DNA from: Candidatus Nomurabacteria bacterium
Lineage (GTDB): Bacteria; Patescibacteriota; Minisyncoccia; Phycocordibacterales; UBA9973
Length of the DNA: 64,000 nt
Assembly: GCA_023267375.1 (NCBI GenBank)
Contig: JAHFNJ010000001.1
Coordinates: 21,878 to 85,877 of the forward strand
Reading direction: 5' to 3'
Both the position numbers and the translations under genes were made by a program. This document shows, one piece after another, positions 44,316 through 53,541 of the stretch (positions are counted from its first letter, which is position 1; each line of letters opens with the position of its first letter). Under the pieces are notes generated by a model. The model was given only the letters and a program-made list of their open reading frames with translations, made no database searches and was not told the origin of the DNA.

Positions 44316-44558
44316 CTAGACAGCTTCCCCCTTGAGTAATTTTTCAATAACAGGCTTATTAAAACCGATAACAAGATTATTGCCAATTTGAATAACTGGC
44401 ACGCCCATTTGTCCGCTTTTTTGGATCATTTCAGTGCGTTTTTCTGTATCAGCTGCCACATTAAACTCCTCGTATTCTACGTTATTCTCCTTAAAATAAA
44501 CTTTTGCCAGCTGGCAGAAGTGGCATGTCGGGGTTGTATATATGAATGCTTTTTGCAT
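44316..44558 (-). CDS. glutaredoxin-like protein (NrdH/YruB type)
   Basis: 80 aa. CHFC active site at the N-terminus and a thioredoxin fold (..GVPVIQIGNNLVIGF..). Confidence 0.75.
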   Translation of the reverse strand: MQKAFIYTTPTCHFCQLAKVYFKENNVEYEEFNVAADTEKRTEMIQKSGQMGVPVIQIGNNLVIGFNKPVIEKLLKGEAV

Positions 44559-44628
44559 GACAGTTAAAATAATTGATTAATAATTTCCTTACTTCTCTAG
44601 TATAGCATACGAGTCAAGTACCTGGTTT

Positions 44629-44650
44629 TTGTGCGGAATGGGAGAATCGA
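44629..44650 (-). repeat. 22-bp direct repeat of the tRNA-Gly 3' end
   Basis: tgtgcggaatgggagaatcgaa is identical to 44785..44806, the T-arm and acceptor 3' end of tRNA-Gly. An inverted partial copy, ttcgattctccca, lies at 44728..44741. Confidence 0.6.
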
Positions 44651-44786
44651 AACTTACAGTTTCAGTACACCTTTTCGATTGATTCGGAGCAAAGCTCCTC
44701 ATCCATAACGAAAAGCTCTTCGATTCTCCCACGCGAGTGAAGCAGTTCACTCGCTATTCTCTCAATAAAAATCTTCGATTTTTATG

Positions 44787-44857
44787 TGCGGAATGGGAGA
44801 ATCGAACTCCCGCCCAATGCTTGGGAAGCACTAGTTCTACCACTAAACTAATTCCGC
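44787..44857 (-). tRNA. tRNA-Gly(CCC)
   Basis: Reverse complement reads gcggaat ta gttt agtggta gaac t agtgc ttCCCaa gcatt gggc gggag-ttcgatt-ctccc attccgc a. Confidence 0.8.
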
Positions 44858-44863
44858 AGGTTA

Positions 44864-45313
44864 CTACTTTTTAGCATTTTCTGGCCTTTTTTCAAACATT
44901 CCTTTGATAAAATTCCAAAATCCATGCTCTTGTGCCACACCTCCATCAATTGGCCCAGTATCAGTATCTTTAGGCGCATCCGTAATAACGACCAGTCCTT
45001 CCCCGTCCTTTACCACACGATACTTCTCCCGAATGGAATCTTCAACACCCTGATCAGTGCTTAAGGTATCCACCGCAGATTGCAGTGAGGCTTGTTTTGC
45101 TTTAAGAGTATCAAGCTCTGAAAGCGCCATGGCAAGATTTTTATTTGTCTCATGGCTTTTCCTAATGAGACCACTTACATTGTAGGCAAAAAAGATAGTC
45201 AAAAGACCTAGTGTGACAAGACTATATTTTGAATATAGTATCCGCGGCCACTTTTTCTCTTTTTGAAACGATGCCATATATATGCTATCATAGCACCATG
45301 ATTTTAAATCCAA
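44864..45313 (-). CDS. septum formation initiator (FtsB/DivIC-like)
   Basis: TM helix, then a coiled-coil (LSELDTLKAKQASLQSAVDTL), then IREKYRVVKDGEGLVV, typical of the FtsB/DivIC family. The start is probably the internal MASFQ. Confidence 0.5.
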   Translation of the reverse strand: MDLKSWCYDSIYMASFQKEKKWPRILYSKYSLVTLGLLTIFFAYNVSGLIRKSHETNKNLAMALSELDTLKAKQASLQSAVDTLSTDQGVEDSIREKYRVVKDGEGLVVITDAPKDTDTGPIDGGVAQEHGFWNFIKGMFEKRPENAKK

Positions 45314-45486
45314 AACACCGCAAGAAAATAGCTCGAGTTTGGGCCGTTATTTGCGTGCTTATCATTATTTCAATGATAATGCTCTATACCCCAATATTCA
45401 AATAGCTTTTAGCTTGATTAGAAAAATCACTTGAGAGCCAGGCTCCCAAGTGATTTTTCATGTTTCTGAAATTTAGTCGTTAGATT

Positions 45487-47286
45487 CTACTCCCCACTTT
45501 TCATCATCTTCATAAAAACCTCATGTGGAATATTCACCTTGCCCCGTTCCTGCATTTTCTTCTTGCCTTTCTTCTGTTTCTCACGGAGTTTCATTTTTCG
45601 CGTAATATCGCCACCATACATGTGCTGCGTCACATCTTTGCGGAACGCAGAAAGCGTTTTAGCTGAAAGAATACGTCCTAAGCCATATGCCTGCATCTTT
45701 ATCTGAATCTGTTGTCGCGGCAAAATATCTGCCAATTTTTCAATCGCTTTTTCTGCATCTTTTTCAACCTGTCGTTTTGAAACTACTCGAGAAAATGCAG
45801 GGACGACTTCCTCGTTGATCATGATATCAAGACGCGTGACATCCGCGTCGCGAAGTTCTGCTACTTCGTACGAGACTGAAGCATAACCGGATGAAATACT
45901 CTTGAGCTCATCGAAAAAGTTACGCATCATTTCGCGGAGCGGAATCTGTACCTCTACACGAGAGCGGTTATCACCGAAGTTATCTGTAGCACCCACTTCT
46001 GCTTCGTGCTCGTACAACAGCTGCATTAAGGCGCCCAAATAATCTATCGGTGTAATGATGGTGAGCTTTACCCATGGCTCGCGCGCAGAAAGATAGGTCT
46101 TATCATCCGGAAACAAGTGCGGTGAATAAATAATTTCTTCTTTGCCGGATTTATTGGTGATGTAATAAGTAATAGACGGCGTGGTAACAATAAGAGAAAG
46201 ATTGAACTCACGGCGCAAACGCTCGCTAATTATTTCCAAATGGAGCATTCCCAAAAATCCACAACGATAGCCACGGCCGAGGGCGCCAGATGTTTCTTCG
46301 TCATATGAAAAAGATGAATCCGAAAGACGCAGCTTGCCGAGTGCGCTTTTCAATTCAGGAAAATCATCCTGCGACTCCGGATAGATAGATGCCCAAACCA
46401 CCGGCGATGGCCGCATGTATCCTGGCAACGCCGGCAATGGCTTTTTCAGAAGCGTAATCGTATCACCCACTGATGCGATACCTGGTTTTTTAATTCCGGT
46501 CACGATATAGCCGATCTCTCCAGCAGAAAGTTTTTCCGTTTCTTTTTCAAACGGCGTAAAGATACCGACTTCGAGCGATATGAATTTTTCGTTTGCGATA
46601 GAAAAAAGAAGCGGTGTATTGCGTGTGACAACACCATCGAGTACGCGGACATAGACGATCACCCCTTTGTGATTTGAATACTTAAAATCAAAGACAAGTC
46701 CGCGAAACGTATTGCCATCGGTAAATTCTGCTTCTGGCGGCGGAATGCGCTTGATCACTTCTTGAATCAATTTTTCTACGCCTTCGCCGGTCTTTCCGGA
46801 AACCAAAAGCACTTCATCGACACTGCAATCAAGCAGCTTCACCACTTCATTTTTCACATCCTCAACTCGGGCTAAAGGGCTGTCTATTTTTGACAATACA
46901 GGAATGATTTTAAGCCCAGAATCGCGTGCCATCTGCAGTGTAGTTAGTGTCTGTGCTTGGACTCCTTGCGTCGCGTCTACGAGCAAAATAGAGCCTTCTA
47001 CGGCCTTTAAAGCGCGAGATACTTCATATGAGAAGTCGATATGCCCCGGGGTATCGATGAGGTTTAAGGTATAGCTCACTCCGTCCAACTTGTAGCTCAT
47101 GCAAACAGGCGTCATTTTGATGGTGATACCGCGTTCTTTTTCAAGTTCCATGGTGTCGAGCACTTGGTTGGTCATTTTGCGCTTCTCAATCGTACCCGTC
47201 ATTTCAAGCATCCGGTCAGCCAACGTGGACTTGCCGTGGTCAATGTGCGCTATGATGCTAAAGTTTCTGATGTGCTTTAAATCCAT
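45487..47286 (-). CDS. lepA: elongation factor 4 (LepA)
   Basis: FSIIAHIDHGKSTLADR, DTPGHIDF, and the LepA-specific C-terminal domain. Confidence 0.9.
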   Translation of the reverse strand: MDLKHIRNFSIIAHIDHGKSTLADRMLEMTGTIEKRKMTNQVLDTMELEKERGITIKMTPVCMSYKLDGVSYTLNLIDTPGHIDFSYEVSRALKAVEGSILLVDATQGVQAQTLTTLQMARDSGLKIIPVLSKIDSPLARVEDVKNEVVKLLDCSVDEVLLVSGKTGEGVEKLIQEVIKRIPPPEAEFTDGNTFRGLVFDFKYSNHKGVIVYVRVLDGVVTRNTPLLFSIANEKFISLEVGIFTPFEKETEKLSAGEIGYIVTGIKKPGIASVGDTITLLKKPLPALPGYMRPSPVVWASIYPESQDDFPELKSALGKLRLSDSSFSYDEETSGALGRGYRCGFLGMLHLEIISERLRREFNLSLIVTTPSITYYITNKSGKEEIIYSPHLFPDDKTYLSAREPWVKLTIITPIDYLGALMQLLYEHEAEVGATDNFGDNRSRVEVQIPLREMMRNFFDELKSISSGYASVSYEVAELRDADVTRLDIMINEEVVPAFSRVVSKRQVEKDAEKAIEKLADILPRQQIQIKMQAYGLGRILSAKTLSAFRKDVTQHMYGGDITRKMKLREKQKKGKKKMQERGKVNIPHEVFMKMMKSGE

Positions 47287-47399
47287 AAAGTACTCTCATA
47301 CTAGCAGAAAATCAGTATTTTTTCAGCTTTTATTGACAAATACTACAAAGATGATACTGTTTTTAAAAATACTATCATTCACTTAAAAAAATAACACTT

Positions 47400-47726
47400 A
47401 TGGATTCTTTAACTTTTAAAAAAATTAATGGTGGCTATACGTTAGAACTTAGCCCGCTTTCAGGAATTATTTTATCTCTCCAGGATATAGCTGGACATAG
47501 AGTAGCGCTCAACGATATCGTGGTGTCGAATGGAAACATTGGCCCGAGCAAAGACACCCAAGGACGTGTCATCGAGATTCTTGAGCCAGGCACACAAGGA
47601 CATAGTAGCGACGTGATTCTTTGCGACTTCAACGGAGAAGTATCTTTCATGAAGTTTGGAGACTTAGAACACGATAGAAATGGTCACATCTTTCATCCAG
47701 CTCCCGGAGAATCCATCGCTGAATAA
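47400..47726 (+). CDS. hypothetical protein
   Basis: 108 aa with no motifs. Followed by the terminator at 47747..47776. Confidence 0.35.
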   Translation: MDSLTFKKINGGYTLELSPLSGIILSLQDIAGHRVALNDIVVSNGNIGPSKDTQGRVIEILEPGTQGHSSDVILCDFNGEVSFMKFGDLEHDRNGHIFHPAPGESIAE

Positions 47727-47746
47727 ACGAAAAACAAAATAAAGAA

Positions 47747-47776
47747 AAGCATTCCGCTTCTAAGCGGGATGCTTTT
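47747..47776. terminator. bidirectional rho-independent terminator
   Basis: agcattccgc-ttctaa-gcgggatgct followed by T7. Confidence 0.5.
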
Positions 47777-47783
47777 TTATTTT

Positions 47784-49484
47784 CTAACTAAGGTCTTCCG
47801 GACCTGGTGAGAATACTTTCGTTCCCCAAATCTTGTGGTGGAGCGACGTCAGCACATTTTCAATTTCTTTATTTTTCATAAGTTTAAGCGCAAGTACGGC
47901 AACCAAAATACCCAAGATACCCGCGATCAAACCTTGCCCGAAGACACCCCAAAACGATGAGAGACCGAAGATCGGACCGAGAAATGCGAGCGTTGCGTAC
48001 GAGACAATTCCTAAACAAAGTGCAGCAGTAAGACTCTGGAAAAAAGTTCGTGACAATTCCCATGGATGACCTTGCATGAAATCGCGACGGAATAAAATCC
48101 AGTGCGCAAAGAAGTTGAAGATTGAGCCGATAGAATATGCGAGCGGCAGCATCAATATTGCCGATCCCTGAATATTATCGACACGGAGTAATGTTCGGAA
48201 GAAATTTTGCATAGCCACGGAAGTACCGTAGCAGTACATCAGCACGTAGGCTAAGATAATTGTAATGACCGAGGCAACAATATTTACCAAAAGCGGTTGG
48301 CGAGTTTTCCCGGATGCATAGTACGCACGGACAAAAAGTAATACGAGCCCTTGTGCCACAATTGAAATTGAAAAAAGTGCGAGCGCAGCAGCAGTCAATC
48401 GTGTTGAAGACCATGAGAATTCGCCGGAACCTAAGATCACGCGCACAATCTGCGCACGGATGACGATAAAAAGCACCATGATCGGCAGCGACCAGAAAAT
48501 CATCTGGCGTGCGGTAATCATGGTGTAGTCGATAAAACGCTTAATATTCCCCACCGCATACGCTTCGGCAAGAATCGGGAAAACTGCCACTGAATAAGAA
48601 GTACCGATAATATTGAGCGGTACGGTTTCCAGATTGTAGGCAAACGTAAAAATAGAAATAGAACCTTCTTTGATGAGCGATGCGAGCGCTACAATCACGA
48701 TGAGCGTAATGCTATTCAATGATAGCGCCAACGTACGCGGTAATGAGATCGCTGTCACTTCGCGTATTTGCTTCCAATCGATCTTTTTTACAAAATGCGG
48801 AACAAAACCATGTTTAATAATGACTGGCAACTGAATTGCAAAGTGAAGCAACGCACCTAAAACAACACCGATTGCCAATCCATACACACCAAACAGTGGA
48901 TAGAAAAAGAGCACCCCGGAAATGATGCCGATGTTATAAAAAACGGGAGACAGCGCATAGACAAAAAAATTCTTGTAATACTGCGTGATCGAACCAAGTA
49001 CATTTGAAATACCGATAAAGAGCGGCGAAAGAAGCATAATGCGCGAGGTCATGATGAGCTCAGCCAGCTCTTTTGCATCAAAGCCTGGTGCAATATAGCG
49101 TGCAATATACGGCATTAAAATCGCAATGACTGCGGAGAGAATAACCATCGCCCCGAAAAAGACCGTAAAAACTTGGTTGAGAAACTTTCGCCCCTCTTCT
49201 TTTCCGGTTTCATCACTCGCGTTACCATTCATTCGCTTGATCAAAAATGGAATAATAACCGTAATCGAAACGAGTGATGCGATAGACACGTATAAAAAGT
49301 CTGGCACTCGAAATGCCGCGTAGTAAACATCAAGATGAGCAGAAGGACCAAGGAAGTGCGCAAGTGAACGATCACGGACGAGCGCCAAAAGCTGTGAAAT
49401 GAGGGTAAAAAATCCCATCAGCAAAGCTGCATCGTGGATTCCGTTTGATTCTTTGTGGAGCAGCGCAAATATCTTTTTAACCAT
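47784..49484 (-). CDS. murJ: lipid II flippase MurJ (MviN)
   Basis: 566 aa with about 14 TM helices. N-terminal region typical of MurJ (..LALVRDRSLAHFLGPSAHLDVYYAAFRVPDFLY..). Confidence 0.85.
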   Translation of the reverse strand: MVKKIFALLHKESNGIHDAALLMGFFTLISQLLALVRDRSLAHFLGPSAHLDVYYAAFRVPDFLYVSIASLVSITVIIPFLIKRMNGNASDETGKEEGRKFLNQVFTVFFGAMVILSAVIAILMPYIARYIAPGFDAKELAELIMTSRIMLLSPLFIGISNVLGSITQYYKNFFVYALSPVFYNIGIISGVLFFYPLFGVYGLAIGVVLGALLHFAIQLPVIIKHGFVPHFVKKIDWKQIREVTAISLPRTLALSLNSITLIVIVALASLIKEGSISIFTFAYNLETVPLNIIGTSYSVAVFPILAEAYAVGNIKRFIDYTMITARQMIFWSLPIMVLFIVIRAQIVRVILGSGEFSWSSTRLTAAALALFSISIVAQGLVLLFVRAYYASGKTRQPLLVNIVASVITIILAYVLMYCYGTSVAMQNFFRTLLRVDNIQGSAILMLPLAYSIGSIFNFFAHWILFRRDFMQGHPWELSRTFFQSLTAALCLGIVSYATLAFLGPIFGLSSFWGVFGQGLIAGILGILVAVLALKLMKNKEIENVLTSLHHKIWGTKVFSPGPEDLS

Positions 49485-49486
49485 GA

Positions 49487-52345
49487 TTATGCAGCGACAA
49501 TGTTCACCAATTTATTTTTTACGTAAATTATTTTTCGAATCGTCTTGCCTGCTATCCATGATTGTATCATAGGATGATTCTTTGCTATTTCTTCTGCTTC
49601 TTTTTCTGATAGTGAAACAGGGACTGTTGCTTCGGCGCGAACTTTGCTATTTACCTGTATGACGAGCGTAAAGGTATCATCAACAATTTTCTTCGGATCA
49701 TACTTTGGCCACTTTGAAAGATGGATAGATTTCTTCTCTCCCATCTCTCGCCAAAGCTCTTCAGCAACGTGCGGGATAAATGGCGCGACTATCTGCAAAA
49801 ATAGCTTGAAATCTTTTACCGAAAGGCTTTCTGCCTTCTCCATTTCATTTACACAAATCATCATCGATGAAATCGCAGTATTGAAACCCATGATTTCAAT
49901 ATCTTCAGTCACCTTTTTAATTGCCTTATGGAGTAATCGTTCTATCTCTTTACTGCTTGTCTTCGCTTTTGCACTCATTACCTTTTCTCCTAGTCGCCAG
50001 ACTTTTTCAATAAAGCGTCGTGAACCGATCATGCTCTCCGTTGACCACACCACTGCTTGATCAAATGGACCAAGAAACATCTCATAGAGACGAAGTGTAT
50101 CAGCGCCGTAGGTTTTGACGATATCGTCAGGATTTACTACATTACCCCGAGATTTTGACATCTTCTCTCCTCCTTCAGCCAAAATAAGTCCATGCGATGT
50201 ACGCTTCTTGTATGGCTCACTCGTCGGCACTAATTTCAAATCATAGAGGAATTTGTGCCAGAAACGAGAATAGAGCAGGTGAAGTGTGGTGTGTTCCATT
50301 CCCCCGTTATACCAATCAACTGGCGTCCAATATTTCAAATTTTTCTTTGACGCAAACTCTTTTTTATTTTTCGGATCGGTGTAGCGAAGATAGTACCAAG
50401 AACTTCCTGCCCAGTTTGGCATCGTATCAGTTTCGCGTTTTGCTTTACCTTTGCATTTTGGACACTTCGTATTTACCCATGAAGTAATAGCGGAAAGTGG
50501 CGATTCCCCAGTATCAGTCGGCTGGTAACTTTTTACTTTTGGCAATTTGAGTGGCAATTCTTTCTCTGGTACTGGCACCCAGCCACACTTTTCACAATTG
50601 ACGAGCGGAATCGGTTCACCCCAATAACGCTGCCGAGAGAACACCCAATCACGAAGTTTGAATTTCGTCACCATTTTTCCGCCGACAAATTCAGTTATAT
50701 TCTTTTTTACTTCTTGAGAAGAAAGACCATTGAACTGGCCGGAGTTAATCAAAACACCACCTTCAGTGTAGGCACCTATTTTCCCAAGATACTTATTCCA
50801 AGAAAGTTTATGATTGCCATGCACCAAAAAATCTTCCATCTTATTTTTTTCTATCCAAAGCGGCTCATGTTTTTTTAACTCCTCTTCATCAACGTTATTC
50901 TGCGCGCCACTTCCAAGTTCGATCACTATCGTTTGTGCTTTCGCATAACGGTTTTCGCCTTTTTGGTGTTGATAAAATTTTGAATGTACTTCAAACTGTA
51001 AATCATATGCTTTCTTAAAATCAGTAAACCCTGTTTCTTCTGAAACCTCACGCTTCATAGCACTTACTGCATCTTCCCCTGTATCAATACCTCCCATAAC
51101 AAGCGACGTCCAATGATCTACTTGTTTCCATTTAAGTGCCAAATATTTATCCTCACTCCAATGTTTAATGATTGCATAGGCAACATCACGCTCAATTACA
51201 GGTTTACCCGCAACAGGCTTATCAGGATGACCTTCTCCAGATTCAAACATCGGTGCAATAACCTGCTTAATCGGCAATTTGTATTTTGTCGCAAACGCAA
51301 AATCACGCTCATCATGTGCGGGTACCGCCATAACCGCGCCCGTACCGTAATTTACCAATGCATAATCAGCCACCCAGACTGAAACCTTTTCACCATTTGC
51401 TGGGTTGATTGCTTCTACACCTTTCAATTCCACGCCAGTCTTTTCTTTGTCGGCCGCTGTTCGGGTCAATTCATCTTTCTTTTTTGCTAGAGCTATATAT
51501 TTCTCAACCTCGTCCCAATTTTTAACTTTCGACTTTAGACTTTCGACTAATGTATGTTCAGGCGCAAGTATCACGTAGGTTGCACCAAAAATAGTATCTG
51601 CACGTGTTGTAAATACTTTGATTCCCAATTCTGAATCTGTAATTTTAAATTCAATTTCACTGCCTTCTGATTTTCCAATCCAATTTCGCTGTTGTGTTTT
51701 GACTTGCGGCAGATAATCTACCGTATCCAAATCTTTATCGAGACGGTCAGCATATTTTGTGATCGCAAGCATCCATTGTTCTTTCTCACGCTTTTCAGTC
51801 AGCGTACCGCAGCGCTCGCAGCAACCATTGATCACTTCTTCGTTCGCTAAACCAATTTTATCTTTTGGACACCAGTTAATGACGGTCTTGGTTTTGTACG
51901 CCAAACCTTTTTTAAAAAATTGCAGAAATATCCACTGCGTCCATTTATAGTACGCAGGGTCAGTGGTATTTACTTCACGAGACCAATCAAACGAAACTGC
52001 CAATGATTTTATCTGTCGACGAAAGTTATCACTGTTTTTCTTGGTGACTTTCTCCGGCGCAATACCTGTCTTGATCGCATAGTTTTCGGTGGGCAGTCCG
52101 AACGCATCCCAACCAATCGGATAAAGCACATTATAGCCTTCCATGCGACGCTTACGAGAAATAATATCCATACCTATATATGGACGCGGGTGACCGACGT
52201 GAAGGCCATCACCTGATGGATATGGGAACTCAATTAAACCGTAGAATTTTTTACCCTTAAGCTTATTTTGAGCGTTATAAATTTTCTTCTTTTCCCATTC
52301 CTTCTGCCATTTGCCCTCGATTTTCTTGTGATCGTAATTCTTCAT
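49487..52345 (-). CDS. leuS: leucyl-tRNA synthetase carrying an inserted Nudix hydrolase domain
   Basis: FPYPSGDGLHVGH (HIGH), CP1 editing domain (TRADTIFGATYVILAPEH...AVPAHDERDFAFA), KMSKS. Between CP1 and the YTEGGVLINSGQFNGL segment there is an extra ~160 aa containing GGIDTGEDAVSAMKREVSEETGF, a canonical Nudix box. Confidence 0.9.
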   Translation of the reverse strand: MKNYDHKKIEGKWQKEWEKKKIYNAQNKLKGKKFYGLIEFPYPSGDGLHVGHPRPYIGMDIISRKRRMEGYNVLYPIGWDAFGLPTENYAIKTGIAPEKVTKKNSDNFRRQIKSLAVSFDWSREVNTTDPAYYKWTQWIFLQFFKKGLAYKTKTVINWCPKDKIGLANEEVINGCCERCGTLTEKREKEQWMLAITKYADRLDKDLDTVDYLPQVKTQQRNWIGKSEGSEIEFKITDSELGIKVFTTRADTIFGATYVILAPEHTLVESLKSKVKNWDEVEKYIALAKKKDELTRTAADKEKTGVELKGVEAINPANGEKVSVWVADYALVNYGTGAVMAVPAHDERDFAFATKYKLPIKQVIAPMFESGEGHPDKPVAGKPVIERDVAYAIIKHWSEDKYLALKWKQVDHWTSLVMGGIDTGEDAVSAMKREVSEETGFTDFKKAYDLQFEVHSKFYQHQKGENRYAKAQTIVIELGSGAQNNVDEEELKKHEPLWIEKNKMEDFLVHGNHKLSWNKYLGKIGAYTEGGVLINSGQFNGLSSQEVKKNITEFVGGKMVTKFKLRDWVFSRQRYWGEPIPLVNCEKCGWVPVPEKELPLKLPKVKSYQPTDTGESPLSAITSWVNTKCPKCKGKAKRETDTMPNWAGSSWYYLRYTDPKNKKEFASKKNLKYWTPVDWYNGGMEHTTLHLLYSRFWHKFLYDLKLVPTSEPYKKRTSHGLILAEGGEKMSKSRGNVVNPDDIVKTYGADTLRLYEMFLGPFDQAVVWSTESMIGSRRFIEKVWRLGEKVMSAKAKTSSKEIERLLHKAIKKVTEDIEIMGFNTAISSMMICVNEMEKAESLSVKDFKLFLQIVAPFIPHVAEELWREMGEKKSIHLSKWPKYDPKKIVDDTFTLVIQVNSKVRAEATVPVSLSEKEAEEIAKNHPMIQSWIAGKTIRKIIYVKNKLVNIVAA

Positions 52346-52413
52346 ATAGTTTTACCACTATAGCAAAAAATCCCCGAAAATTCGAGGATTTTTTGACTGT
52401 GGAAAGAAAGATA

Positions 52414-53025
52414 CTATTCTTTCATCTTCTTCACTCCAACCCAGATAAGTGCGGCTAGAGCAACTGCGAGTATTACCACTCGAATGACATCATTCATATC
52501 ACTCCAGTAACGCATCGAACCGATAATGAGCGAAACAACTCCCCCGAACGCTAGTCCGAGAGAAACAGCTCCCACACTTGAGAAGACAGTGATTCCAAGC
52601 ACAAGCGATATCACGCCAAGGATTACGAGGATAATGAACACATTGCGGTTATATACCGACTGCGCATCATTGAAGTGCATGCTACATGTGTACGTTGCAT
52701 TACAATACCCAGAAATCTGAACAGTATTAGCAGGCAGCGGTTTCGTCATCCCTTTGGCATCAGCTGTTACCGGCACCGTTGTCTCAACCCACTGACCACC
52801 CACAGTAGTACACTCCTCGCTTGTTTGGTACACTTTGACGTTTAAATCATTCGGGCAAAATGTTTCAAATTTTGGTTCTTCATACAGCAAGTGAATTGTG
52901 TAATTGAAAAATAAATTAAGTACAATAATAATTCCCAATATGAGCGCCCACTTTACGACTTTTGTATTTTTCTTCGCTGACTGGCTACTTGGAGCCATAG
53001 TGTTATTTGTTTCCATATTCTGCAT
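52414..53025 (-). CDS. hypothetical membrane protein
   Basis: 203 aa. N-terminal TM, a Cys-containing extracytoplasmic segment, then four C-terminal TM helices. Confidence 0.4.
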   Translation of the reverse strand: MQNMETNNTMAPSSQSAKKNTKVVKWALILGIIIVLNLFFNYTIHLLYEEPKFETFCPNDLNVKVYQTSEECTTVGGQWVETTVPVTADAKGMTKPLPANTVQISGYCNATYTCSMHFNDAQSVYNRNVFIILVILGVISLVLGITVFSSVGAVSLGLAFGGVVSLIIGSMRYWSDMNDVIRVVILAVALAALIWVGVKKMKE

Positions 53026-53055
53026 TATATCATTTTTTTGCTACAATAGCAGACA

Positions 53056-53538
53056 ATGACTCGCGCAGAAAGAAACCGAAAACGTATAGAGACAGCCTCG
53101 ATAAAGCTTACTCGCTGGATCGGTTCAACACCATCTGTGATCGTCCACACGATCTTTTTTGCGATTATGCTCGCCCTTCCGTTTTGGGGCGTTGGTTTTG
53201 ACAGAATACTACTCGTCCTTACCACAGCCGTCTCGCTTGAAGCGATCTATCTTTCCATATTTATCCAAATGACGGTGAACCGACACAGTAAAGAACTTGA
53301 AGAAGTATCAGAAGATATTGAAGAGATTCAGGAAGATGTGGAAGAGATTCAGGAAGATGTGGATGAAATTCAAGAGGATGTCGACGAAATCCAGGAAGAC
53401 GTGAGTGAAATTCAAGAGGATGTCGAAGACATCGAAGAAGAAACTCAATCAGACGATGATAGAACGATGGAGAAAATTGAAACAACCTTGGCCGATCTCA
53501 TGCGCGAAATAAAAGAGCTCAAAAACTCAAAAAAGTAA
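53056..53538 (+). CDS. DUF1003-like membrane protein with an acidic heptad-repeat tail
   Basis: Two TM helices plus IFIQMTVNRHSKE (DUF1003-like), then (E/D)(E/D)IQEDV repeated five or more times, encoded by 21-bp tandem repeats. Confidence 0.5.
   Translation: MTRAERNRKRIETASIKLTRWIGSTPSVIVHTIFFAIMLALPFWGVGFDRILLVLTTAVSLEAIYLSIFIQMTVNRHSKELEEVSEDIEEIQEDVEEIQEDVDEIQEDVDEIQEDVSEIQEDVEDIEEETQSDDDRTMEKIETTLADLMREIKELKNSKK
53299..53440 (+). repeat. 21-bp tandem repeat array inside the 53056..53538 CDS (about 6 units)
   Basis: gaagagattcaggaagatgtg occurs as two perfect units, followed by degenerate units. Confidence 0.7.
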
Positions 53539-53541
53539 CAC

